Shown here in pieces: positions 25,892 through 36,928 of a DNA stretch of 64,000 nucleotides (the stretch's first letter is position 1; each line of letters begins with the position of its first letter). The position numbers and the translations under genes were made by a program. The stretch is taken from NCBI GenBank assembly GCA_003971905.1, contig RSEE01000038.1, forward strand, positions 558,001-622,000. The letters run 5' to 3'. The DNA comes from Moniliella sp. 'wahieum'. Its lineage: Eukaryota. The notes under the pieces are model-generated. The model worked only from the letters and a program-made list of their open reading frames with translations. It was not told the origin of the DNA and made no database searches.

Positions 25892-26535
25892 ATGTCCAAG
25901 ATCCAGGTCTCGTCCGTCCGTGCCTCGCTCCAGGAGCTGCTGAAGGCCAGCGAGGAGAAGCACCGTAACTTTAACGAGACGGTGGAGCTGCAGATTGGCC
26001 TCAAGAACTACGACCCCCCGTGACAAGCGTTTCAGCGGCACCATCAAGCTGCCCCATGTGCCCCGCCCGCGCATGACGGTGTGCATTCTGGCTGACGCTG
26101 CTCACGTTGACCAGGCCAAGCTGATTGGCCTTGACTTCATGACGGTGGAGGACCTCAAGAAGCTCAACAAGAACAAGAAGCTCGTCAAGAAGCTGGCCAA
26201 GAAATTTGACGCTTTCCTTGCCTCGGAGGCGCTCATCAAGCAGATTCCTCGCCTGCTCGGCCCCGGTCTTTCCAAGGCGGGCAAGTTCCCCACCCCTGTC
26301 TCGCACGCCGACGACTTGGAGAAGAAGGCGATCGAGGTGAAGCACGATCAAGTTCCAGCTCAAGAAGGTGCTCTGCCTGGGTGTGGCCATTGGCCACGTG
26401 CAGATGTCGGACGAGGAGCTGCTCGCCAACGTGATGCTTGCCATCAACTTCCTCATCTCGCTGCTGAAGAACTGGCAGAACGTCAAGTCGCTCAACGTCA
26501 AGTCGACCATGGGCCACCCTTACCGTCTGTACTAA
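25892..26535 (+). CDS. RPL1: 60S ribosomal protein L1 (uL1/L10a), apparently intronless, frameshifted
   Basis: [10 protein letters not shown]...[77 protein letters not shown]. Confidence 0.97.
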
Positions 26536-27077
26536 ACAGCTCGCCGATTTCCTTTAGGCATGAAGAATGACGTACGGCTGTCGCACGCTACACCCAGTAG
26601 TCGCCCCCTCTTGGCTTTTGTCATGGGGCGGCAGACTATGAGGGGAGCTTTTCATTGCCTCAAAATTGCTTGCAATCCATGATCCTTGGTCTTGGGCTGG
26701 CTTAAATATTTAGGGGGAAATGTGTTTGTAATTGTGCTTGTAGCCAAGAGGACAGCAATTGCTCGCGATTCCAAGGATTTGGTCGTATTCAGCAGCATCC
26801 CCGTCGCCGCGGCCTACCGTGGTGGCAAGCAAATCAGGATCAGGGCTGAGCCCGTGCGGTGATCAATATTCGGTCGGTGATGGTTTTGCGCGAGGGTGGA
26901 GGCCGGAGGAGAGCTGAGGAGGAATACGCGCAACGCCGTTCCGCTCGGGGTTTGTGCTGTGCTGTGTATTTTTTCCTGCGTTGCCTCGGTGGGCCGTTTC
27001 TTCTTTTCCACCAAACCCTTCTCGTGGGTCTGGCGGCCTGCTGGGCTGCCGGGCCTGCCCACGCACGCGGTGCTCAC

Positions 27078-27693
27078 CAAAGGGTGACGGCCAAAGGACC
27101 GCACTAGCAGCCCCCCTCGCCGCTTCCGGTGGCTGAGTCGCTGTTGGGAAAGTCCCCGGACGGTGCGGTGACGTCTGGTTGCCCCCCCACGCAGGAGGGG
27201 CACCAGGGTGCGACCCATGTCCTCTGTCGCTTTGCTTGCATCCTCTTGGGCTCCACGTGAGGACATGGCTGTCCTAGGCTGTCTCTTGGATGGGTACGAG
27301 GAAGCGCACCGGCAGCGGAAAGCGCGCGGTTGAGATGCCCTTGCGGGCAGGTACTCTGTAACCCTATCATGGGACCGAGGCTTGGTGCGCTCACCCTCTG
27401 CCCATCCATGGGGTGGATCTGATGATGGACTTTCATGTTCGTGGTTGCTTGGAGGGCACTGCCCTGGGTGTTGGGGCTGGGCTAGCTCCTGTTGGTTTGG
27501 GGCGCAGGTGAGCGAAGACACGAGCCCTGTGCCTGCTCAGGAGGAGCTGGTCCGGCTCTGTGCCTGCGGTGGTGGCGAGCAAAGTGAGACGAAATGGGTG
27601 GTGCTGATCCCGCTTGTTGGTCATCTTCATACAGTTATGCGGTCGCCGCGTAGCGGTAACACGACGGGGCTTACTCTTGACCGTCACCCTTTG
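27078..27693 (+). ncRNA. NME1: RNase MRP RNA, copy 2 (~616 nt)
   Basis: P1 CAAAGGGUGACGG/CCGUCACCCUUUG; P2 GACCGCA(27097)/UGCGGUC(27638); P3 CUAGCAGC/GCUGUUGG; CR-I GAAAGUCCCCGG (27148-27159) pairing with GGGGCUU (27666-27672); GARAR loop 27318-27322; CR-IV ACAGUUA 27631; P19 GCCGC-GUA-GCGGU. Confidence 0.92.
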
Positions 27694-28547
27694 TTGCTGC
27701 CTCGTAAATGGGCGGGCAAACAGGCCCTGGTGCCACCCCTGGTGGGTTGGGCGCTGGGGCACTCTCACTTTTTTCCCCTTTTCGCCTCGGTGCCTTTGGC
27801 GTCGAGGCGCGCACATGCATGCTTCCTTGCCCATTGCAGCCATTCTACCAGAAATCATATATACCTTCCGTACAACTGCTCATATACATGTTCTGACCCA
27901 AATTACAGCCGAAGAGGAGCGTACGCTGACAGTGGTGTTATTGTTGGATTGCTTCGCGAGTCTCGCCCTTTTCTTTGTTCTTGTGCCATAACCCCATGTT
28001 TTTCCTTTGCTTCCGCTGCACCCACGATTATCCGACCTTGTCTGGACGCTGCTCCTCACCGCCTTATTCCCTTACCATGACAAATGGGGTTTTGTGGTCC
28101 CAAAAGATCCATAGTCTTTTCCTACACGCCAACCACAGGTATTATAGACACCCTTGGACCGCAGCTAGCTTAACCTCCTCCCTCCCCCTCCCCATCACGT
28201 AGGAACACACATCGGGCATCCATAGAACGCTACCATCACACAGTCCACCATCCCTTATTACTCCAAGGACGCCGTGCGCGCCCAACTAATTTCTAGCCTT
28301 TAATCCGTGCTGGTGTTGGGTGAGACCGCGGGAATATGGCAAGTGATCCTGACTGATTCGTTTCGGCTCGGGTCATCCCTTGTTGACGGCTTGACGGCGG
28401 TAAAAACGCCTTCTCAATCCCCGCCAACGATGTCTATACGCCCCAGCGCAGGACACCGCAAGTCCCAACACCAAGTCTCACTATGAAAGAGTAGACGCAG
28501 AGTGGGGATTGCGTGAGTGCGTATGGGAAGATGTGGGGGGGAATGGA

Positions 28548-30106
28548 TCAAAAATAGATGCATGGGTTTCTACTACGACGTCGGCGGCCCACTCTACCTC
28601 GCCGCGGGAGGGACCGGGGTCGAAGGCTTGGGTTGCGACAGGTTGCCCGGCAGGGCCAGGGTGGGGTCTGTTCACTAAGCAGGTGGCCGCCATAGAGGAC
28701 CTTGCCATGGGCCTGCTCGTAGTCGACCATGCGCTGTTCGACACGATCGCGGAAGTGACGGATCAAGCCCTGAACGGGCCACGCCGCCGCATCGGCCAAG
28801 GCACAGATCGTGTGACCTTCCATCTGCTTGGTAATGTCCTCAATCAGATCAATCTCGCGCCACGTTCCGCGGCCTCGGCAAAGCGCTCCATCATGTGTTG
28901 ATCCAGGTCGTGCCCTCGCGGCATGGCGTGCACTGGCCACACGACTCGTGCTTGTAGAACTTGGAAAAGCGAGCGATGGCCTTGATAATGTCCGTCTGCT
29001 TGTTCATCACGATTACCGCACCCGTGCCCAAGGCAGATTGAGCGTCCCGGAGCGAATCAAAGTCCATCAATACCTCCTCACACCGATTCTTGCAGGCAGC
29101 ACAGGCACCGACGAGCCGCCGGGCACAATACCCAGCAGGTTGTCCCACCCGCCACGCACACCACCACAGTGCTTCTCAATCAGATCTTTGAGCGGAATGC
29201 TCATCTCCTCTTCCACGACACAAGGGTGTTGACATGGCCACTGATGGCAAAGAGCTTGACACCACTGTTGCGCTCACGACCAAAGGAAGCAAACCACTCG
29301 GGACCGCGACGGAGAATCGTGGGGGGGGAGGAAGCAACGTCTCGACGTTGGTCACCGTCGTCGGGCAGCCAAACAAACCCACGTCGGCTGGGAAAGGAGG
29401 CTTGAGACGTGGCTTGCCCTGTTTGCCCTCCAGCGACTCGATCAGCGCCGTCTCTTCACCGCAAATGTAGGCACCGGCGCCCTTGTGGACATACACGTCA
29501 AAGTCGTATCCGGTCCCGCACGCATTCTTGCCAATCAAGCCGGCGGCATAGGCCTCGTTGATCGTTCTTGCATGTGCGCCGCCTCCACGTGGAATTCACC
29601 GCGAATGTAAATGTAGGCCGCGTTGGCGTTCATGGCGCGTCCGGCAATCAGACATCCCTCGACCAGTTTGTGTGGGTCGCCACGCATAATTTCACGGTCC
29701 TTGCATGTGCCCGGCTCGCCCTCATCGGCATTGATGACGAGGTACCGCGGACGCGGGTCCTTCTCCCACCGGGCTTGTTCATAAAGCTCCACTTGAGTCC
29801 CGACGGGAACCCAGCGCCGCCACGGCCACGCATGCCCGACTTCTTCATCTGGTCAATGATCCACTCGTGGCCCTTGAGCACAATGTCCTTGGTGCGGTGC
29901 CAGTCGCCGCGCGCCAGCGAACCGCCCTTGCCATTGAGGTGGTACGAGTGTTGGAGATAAAGGTTGGTGTAGATGCGGTCCTGGTCGCGCAGGCCCCGTG
30001 GGTGGTGACGGGGGGACGCCGACCTGGGTTGCGAGGCCACGCAGGTGGGCAGCAGCGGTGTGCGGGCGAGGGCAGCGCGGGCAGCGGGGACAGCAGCCAG
30101 CAGCAT
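28548..30106 (-). CDS. NDUFV1: NADH:ubiquinone oxidoreductase 51-kDa flavoprotein subunit, frameshifted
   Basis: Mitochondrial presequence [88 protein letters not shown]. Confidence 0.96.
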
Positions 30107-30764
30107 GGCGGCGGCAACAGCGACAGCGACGGCGACGGCGACGACGACGGTGGAGGAGCAGCAGCAGCCAGAATGCGGCGGCCGCCGAGCAAAGTCAAGC
30201 GGGACGAGCAGAGCCGCGCAGAGCGCCCCCCCGCACGGGAGCACTGCCCTGCTGCCCATTACAAATCGGCAGCCAACCACGCAACCCTAGCGCTGCCCGC
30301 GGAGGGGCGGCAGCGCTGCAATATTTCATTCCCACAGCGGGCCCATGCGTTCGCCTCCATGAAGCTTCCCTTGGAGAAGCGCCGTGGGCTATCCGGCTCA
30401 CATGCACAGGCTATACCCGCTACGGGCTGACACGTCGAGGCAGGCAAGCCCACCCCACACCGATTCCAACAAGTGTAAGAACGATACCATATCACGAGAC
30501 AGATGCGCCAAGGGACATGGGACAGGGGACATGGGACATCGGGGGCGGAGAGACGAGAGACCGACAGGCGCTGGAAGAGAAGGACAAGGCCACACGAGGA
30601 CAGCATGACAGCAGACCGCCCATCTTCGGCCCTGCACTTGGCCCGCCCTGCCTTGCCTCTCTCGCAATCCCGCCCAGGGGGCTGAGCCAGGTCAACGGAA
30701 CAAAAAGCAAGGTTCCCCGCAGGCCCAGTACAATGGAAACGAGCGCCAGGCAAAGGTGGACGGA

Positions 30765-31215
30765 TTAGAACCCTACCCCGATGAGGTAGTCGGCTGGTCA
30801 AAGGGATCGAATGTGTCAGCACATCCCTCGCGCACCCACGCACAAGCGAGGCAGGAAAAACGTACCCAAGCCTTCCACCACCTTGGACGCTTCACCGGGC
30901 ACGGTAGGGCTCTGGTACACGGCAATCAGCGCGGCCTGGGAGGTCTTGACGCACACCAGGCCATCGCCCTGCAGCTTGCCGTACACCGACCGGTCGTCCG
31001 CGCGGAGGCAGAAGTACTTCTTGCCGGCGGCGTGGATGCCCGAGGCCTGGACTGCCTCGGGGTTGTCAAACATGGCGACCAGCTGCTTCTGCTCGTCGGT
31101 GCTGAGGTTGAAGCCGGCCGAGCTGGCCCATACGCCGCCTTGAGGCCGAGGATGGCAGCCTGGCTGATCTTGCCGGTGCCAAGCAGGTTGTGTCGACGTA
31201 CGACTGCCAGGACAT
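30765..31215 (-). CDS. PFY1: Profilin; intron 30794-30865
   Basis: MSWQSYVD.NLLGTGKISQAAILG...GKKYFCLRADDRSVYGK...VKTSQAALIAVY...VVEGLA|DYLIGVGF*. Confidence 0.95.
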
Positions 31216-31703
31216 GGTGGGGGAGACGGGTGTGGACGGGCGGGAGGGGCAAGGGGTGTGGTGGGGGGCGGAGCGTGGCGTGGGCGGCGAGCCAGCAGGT
31301 GGGGGCGCGGGTTCGGGCGGCTGCGCTGCTGACATCAGCGGGGTGGGCATGGGCTGCCAGGGGCTGCGGTGCGCTGCTGCGTCACGCGTCATGCGTCACG
31401 CATGCGCCAGCGGCCGCCCGCCCGCCGAGCCGCGCAAAGCTGGCCACTCAAAGCTGGCCACTTCGCCGCCTTCCGCCGCCGCACTGACCAGGCGGAAGGG
31501 ACGCGCGCCGCGGAATGGGGGGGGCGCGCTTCCGCTTCCGCCCCCGCTGGTCGCCTGTCGCCAGTCGCCAGTCACCTGACCTGGCTGGCCAAAGTACGTC
31601 ACTGCATTGGCTGGCTATTCCACCCGGTGCTACTAGCATGCATCACCACCACCACCACCACCACCACCGCATCCACGAATAAATGTAGCATTCCCATCCG
31701 CCC

Positions 31704-34688
31704 TCAGATGGTGATCTGCGTCGCATCCAGGTTGAGCGCATGCAGCAGCAGGTTGACGTTGCGGATGCGCGCCTCCGGCCCGTCCTGGCCCGACGCAGCC
31801 ACCGCCGCCAGCTCCGCATCCACGTCCGCCGTCGGGCGCAGCGTCTGGAGCGCACGCCCCTGCACCGCCCACTCCTTGGCACTCGCCACGTTTCCAGAAT
31901 CTTCTCCCGCAGCCCGGCACCAGCACCTGCTGCTGCTCCATCGTACACGCCACCGCCAACGCCGCCATGAACCGCCACACCGGCTCGTCTTCATGGTCAA
32001 TGTTGCGGTACCGGCCCCGCTCCACGCCCTCGGCCCCGCTCGCCGGCAGAGGCGCCGCGCCAAACGCACCCGAGATGTAGTAACCCGGCCCAAACGGCAG
32101 CAGCGCACGTGCGCGCGTCGAGGGGAACAGACTCGGCAGCACGCCCGGCTGCGAGAGACGGTGGAAGAGTTGGCCAAAGTAGTGCACCCAGGAAGCCACA
32201 TCCTGCCCGGACGGCGCACCGGCCGTGTCGGGAGGTGCATTGGCACCAGCTGGCGCAACGCCTCGGCCCGCGATAGGAAGATGGTAAAGAACAGCACACC
32301 TGGCGGGAGCGCGCGACCCGAACAACATCGTTGCGCTCGAGGAAGATGGCCAGCATGCCCGCCACGTACTTGAGCGGCTGCACCGTCACAAGGTGCAGCA
32401 TAAACGGAATGATCGTGTTGGCAAACGCTTCCGTCTGTTCCCAAACCGATTCGCGCAAGCCAGCCGGAGCACCCTCCTCCTCCAGCACATGTGCTTGCCG
32501 AACCACATTGAGCTGGTCAAACGAGGCGACAATCATGGTCATCGTCGTTAGCTGCTGGTCATTGCCCAACAGCCGCATCGCCCTTGGCACCAGCCGCTGG
32601 CCCTTGAGACTGTCCATAATAGACACAAAGGGGTGGGGGTTGGAGATGTCCGTGGCTCCAGCACGCGCTAGCTCCTTCCACAGCTGGGACGTCAAGGCCA
32701 CACGCTCCTCCCGTCGTCCTCCTGCGCTTTCGGTACCAGTTCCTCCCTTCAGGCGGGTGGGCTCCGTAGCGGCCGTCGCGCCATCGCGACGCAGTTGTTC
32801 AATGGCGAGCACCGTGTCGTACAACGTTTCAATAATCGCCAACGCTTCCCGCCGCGTGAGCGGATCCCGCTTCGTTACTCCCCTCCCCTCGCCCAGGCCC
32901 ACATCGTTGGCCAGAGCCGTGCGAACAGCCGCGTGGGCAGCCAAGTCGGCCGCCGTCGGACCCGAGGCCGCTGGTGCCGAGTCGGGGAGGGAAAGGGTTT
33001 GACGCATGCCCTTCGTTGAGCTGGCGCTCAACTTGCCTAGCGCACCTTCCAACGCGGCCCCGGACGCGACTTTTGCGACCGTTCGATCCGGTTGCGAACA
33101 ATGCGCTCGACTTGCTGTTGCATGCGCAGAATGGCCGTCTCGCGACGAGAGAGGCGAGACTGTTGCTTGCGTCCACGCCGGTCCAGCGCGCCTTGCTCCC
33201 GCTCCCCAACCGATGTGGTGACACTTTCCGTCGAAGGCAGCAGCGGCGCATTCATGCCACTACGGCCACGCAGAGTAAAGTAAATGTGAGCGTAAAAGTC
33301 GTCCGTGTAGGGGTCCGAGGTGACCAACTGGCTCACCTGAATCCGCGTAATAAACTGTTTGTCCGATTGCTCATCAACCCATTGTACTTGCTCATGGCCC
33401 CGCTTGGCCTCGGCGCGTTGGGCGCGGGATTGCTGCGCAATCCACGCCATGACCTTCGGCTGCGCATGCAGGTGGAGCGCGTGCAAGGCAGATGCCTCCA
33501 TGTGCTGTGCGGCCGAGGCCATTTCCGGGTTGGAGAGGTCGGTGGTACGAAGCGCTGCCAGCGGCGGGAAGGTCATCGCGATAAACTCCAACTCCTCAAA
33601 CTGGATCGGGGCGGGAGACGCAGAATGGCGCTTGGACCGTGGCCGGCATGGAGTCGAGTAGCGCTTTCATACGAGCAAAATGCATGGCTTGGCTCTCCCC
33701 CTGGACAGGCCCCTGGACAGGGGCCACCCCAGCAGGCTGGCTTGTGGGCGTAGCGGGAGCCGGGCGGCAGCTGGAGCGGATCGAGCGCGCTCGTCCCGCA
33801 TCTGCGCCCTCCTGCTGCATAATCTGCGCCAGGAGGGGCACTCCAGCATTGGCTTGAACCGGCACCGCAGTCGGCGTGACAGGCGCACCCGAGGGAGTAC
33901 CCGGCGTGCCGGGAGCAGGGGGGCAGGCACCCGAGCCGTCGGCATCGAGGGCACGGAGCAGCGTACATACCGGGCGGCGGCACCCCACCGCCGGGTACCG
34001 GGATCGGACCAGGTCCGGGCGGGGGGGCGGAAGCACGCTGTTGCCGCATCTGCGCCTCCACCTCCTCCATCGTGAGGCATGCGTCGCGGACCGGGAGCTG
34101 GAACCGGAGCCGGAGCCGGAGCCGTGGCGGACAGGAGGCGGCACGCATCTCGCGCTCAATTTCCTCGACCGACTTGGCGGGCTTGGTGGCAAGGGGCGTA
34201 CCACCGCGGGACGAACTGCGAGGCTTGTCCGTCAAAAAGTCGGCCAAGTCCGAGAGAACTTGGACGGCTTGGACGGGGTCTGCTTGGCTCCCCACGCGGG
34301 CAGAGGCGCGGGCTTGGCCAGACTAGGCGGATTGCCAAAGTCAAAGTCGTTGCCTGGCAAGAGAGGGGTTAGCACGCGGTGGTCAAGGGGGGGCATCACG
34401 TACCGACCACGCCACCGCCAAAGGTGTCGTCGTTGAAGGCATCTCCCTTCATCCAGCTGGTCACCCAGACCGTCGTAGTCCTCTGCGCCCCAGGTGTAGA
34501 CGGCCATGTCTTCCTTGTTGCCCATGTGGGCGCGGATCTTGGCATCCAAGTCGTCGTCGTCGTCGGGCGCGGCGGAGGCAGTGGGGTCGAAGGTGCGGTC
34601 GCTGGCGAGCGGACGCTCGCCGTGGGCGGCACCGGGCGGCCCACCGGCCCGGTCGCGGGAGGGTCGTGTCGAAGCCAAAGAACGACAT
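31704..34688 (-). CDS. PAT1: Pat1 mRNA decapping activator; intron ~34354-34403; frameshifts
   Basis: MSFFGFDTTLP start, DQLDE...FNDDTFGG, DKQFITRIQVSQLVTSDPYTDDFY, EGALGK, PHPFVS, VWRFMAALAV, C-terminal NLLLHALNLDA. Confidence 0.9.
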
Positions 34689-35178
34689 GGTCGTCGCACA
34701 GCAAAACCGCCGGGCCGTCCAGCGCGGGCTGCTGCCTGGGCCGATCGAAACGCACGTCCGCTGCTGTTCTGCACCGTGCGTTCCGCCCTCCTGTCGGCGT
34801 CCCATTCCGCCCCGTCGAGTCGGCCGCAACCACACTGGCCCCGCGCCGCGTGGGCCTCGGGCTTGCATCGTTCGGCGCTGGCACTGCCCTGCTGCCTGCA
34901 TCTCCAACCCATGCCAGTCTGGCAAATGCCGCCTACCGTTTGCCTGATGCACATGCCAACGGCAGCTGCTTGCCTTCGCCGCTTTGGCGTCGCCTGTCGG
35001 TGTGTTGCTGGCGCTGCGCCTCCACCCACCGCTCTCGAGATGGGACAAAAGTCCCGACGATTCGTTAGTGCTCACTTTGATGGCATAACCACCACCCAGG
35101 CTGCGAGAAAGGCAGCACCAGAAACTGTCGTGGATACAGCAATTGAGCGAAAAAAAATAGGACGCCCATATGTCGGGT

Positions 35179-35259
35179 CGAACGACGCAGGGGTCGAACC
35201 TGCAACCTCCTGATTACAACCAGTCGTAGTCAGACGCGCTACCATTGCGCCAGCCGTCC
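35179..35259 (-). tRNA. tRNA-Arg(ACG) with 9-nt intron
   Basis: GGACGGC-TGGCGCAATGGTAGCGCG-TCTGA-CTACGA[CTGGTTGTA]A-TCAGG...GCAGGTTCGACCCCTGC-GTCGTTC-G; T8 terminator at 35157-35150. Confidence 0.93.
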
Positions 35260-35690
35260 TTATTCATTGGTATCGTACATGTTTCCTCACACCTAATGTG
35301 CTCGAATTGGCTTGACTGACATCCATTGATGCTCGTGCTGATTCCTATGCGCATAGTGCATCAACCTGACCGCCATCATTGCGGCCTCGCCTGTAGTAAC
35401 ATGGGATTCCTGTCGGGCATTTGCAATTGGAAGGCAGTGGCCCGTTAGACGGGCTCGGCTCAAGGTGCTGTACCTAGAAAGTCACCTCATACAAGAGTAG
35501 ATAGTATCCTCGCACCACGACACAGATCAAGAGCACCCTGGCCAAACTAGCTTGCTGCCGCACCTAGGCCCAAGTGTGCCCAAACGAGCGAGCCAACAGA
35601 CTGTGGGAGAGGGATGAATTTGGGTAGACCATCATGAATGCCAAGATGCGTAGTCCCGAGACTAATTAGGGCTTCTTGATGGTGGCATTG

Positions 35691-36349
35691 TCATATGCCG
35701 CACGCTCCGCCAGCTCGGAAGCAACCTGCTGGACAAATGGCGTCAGGTAGCGCGCATCCTCTTCCGCCTTCGTCCACTCGCTCTTGGAAGAGGGCGGTGG
35801 AGCATGTCCTGGTGCACCGCGCGACGGATGCGCCAGATGCGGTCCTGCTGCTCACGAGGCGAGAGACGGGCAATGGCCTGCGCGAAAAGTAACAGACAAG
35901 GTTAGTTCCCATCCGCTTCCGATTCCCAGGCACCCTGGCTTCCACCTCCTATCTCCACAATGGGCCAGGCCTGGGGCCTGCGGGTTGCCCCATGCCCCCC
36001 ACACGTCCCTTCGGTAGATTCGGCACACCGCTATCAGGCCGGCAGGAGGGGGGGGGGGATCCAGGCCGCCGGTAGTCCAGCTGCTCTGTTCGCACGCCTG
36101 TACACTGTGCTGCAACCCGCGGGGGTGGACAACAACTGCGAGCCAACATGGCTGGGGTGGAAGAGGGTCCAACATACCTTCTGCATCACCTCGCTCTCCT
36201 CGATCAGCAGATCGTCAACTTGAGCCCGAGCTTGCGGTAGCCCATCTTGTCGACGTACCAGCGGGCCAAGGCTGGAGCTTGCGGTGAACCCAAGGGTTGG
36301 CCTTGATGAGGTCACCAAGGGTGCTCAGACGACGGAGGTTGGTGTACAT
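35691..36349 (-). CDS. Possible hypothetical protein (fragmented ORFs)
   Basis: ATG 36349 (MYTNLRRLSTLGDLIKANPW...), then protein-like text in another frame (QARAQVDDLLIEESEVMQKVCW); no family recognised. Confidence 0.3.
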
Positions 36350-36928
36350 GGTGGCCAGGCGGTGGTGGAAAGACAGACACGCCAGGCGCCACCACCGTCC
36401 CGCCCCAGCGACCCACTGGCCAGGACGAGCGGGAAGACGGGCTGATTTCAAATCAGTGGCCTCCTGCCACCGCGCTTTACACTCGCCCTGTGCCGCGGTG
36501 TGGCCCCGGGCCGCGCCGACTGCACTGCAGGACAAGTTCCGCTGCAATATTAGAAAGCGTCGACGCATTGATTTGGCAGCCGCGATCTCACCTCTACTGC
36601 TGTCCTCGGCGCCCAACGCCTGCCGGGTCCTGGCCAGGTGAGGTGAAGCGGTTACTGGCAACCGTGGGGCAGGTGGCGACACCGTGGGACGACGAGAGGA
36701 GGCAGAGCGGAGAATGCTCACCGCATCAGGCCGCTTTGCCTGCAGCACCCCAGGATCGAGACCGAATGGGGCGTGTGCTCGCATCCGCGTAACCGGCGGC
36801 CGTCTGATACAGTTTTGGCACCCTGGACCAATGCACCGTTCTCGCTCTGTGTCGCATGTTCTATCAATGCATCCAACCACTTGGCACCACTCCTGGTATA
36901 CACGTCGCAAACGAAAGTAGTAATCCAT

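Noticed and set aside
25892..26535. RPL1 as a processed pseudogene or programmed frameshift
   Set aside because: Residues and codon bias are conserved, and the same indel pattern affects most genes in the window.
27359..27366. TAACCCTA in the duplicated structured RNA as a telomerase RNA template
   Set aside because: Only an 8-nt match, the RNA has the full RNase MRP core, and telomerase RNA is not expected to share those motifs.
27404..27445. Hammerhead ribozyme (hairpin followed by CTGATGA)
   Set aside because: No GAAA after the putative stem II and no NUH cleavage triplet; lies within the MRP RNA.
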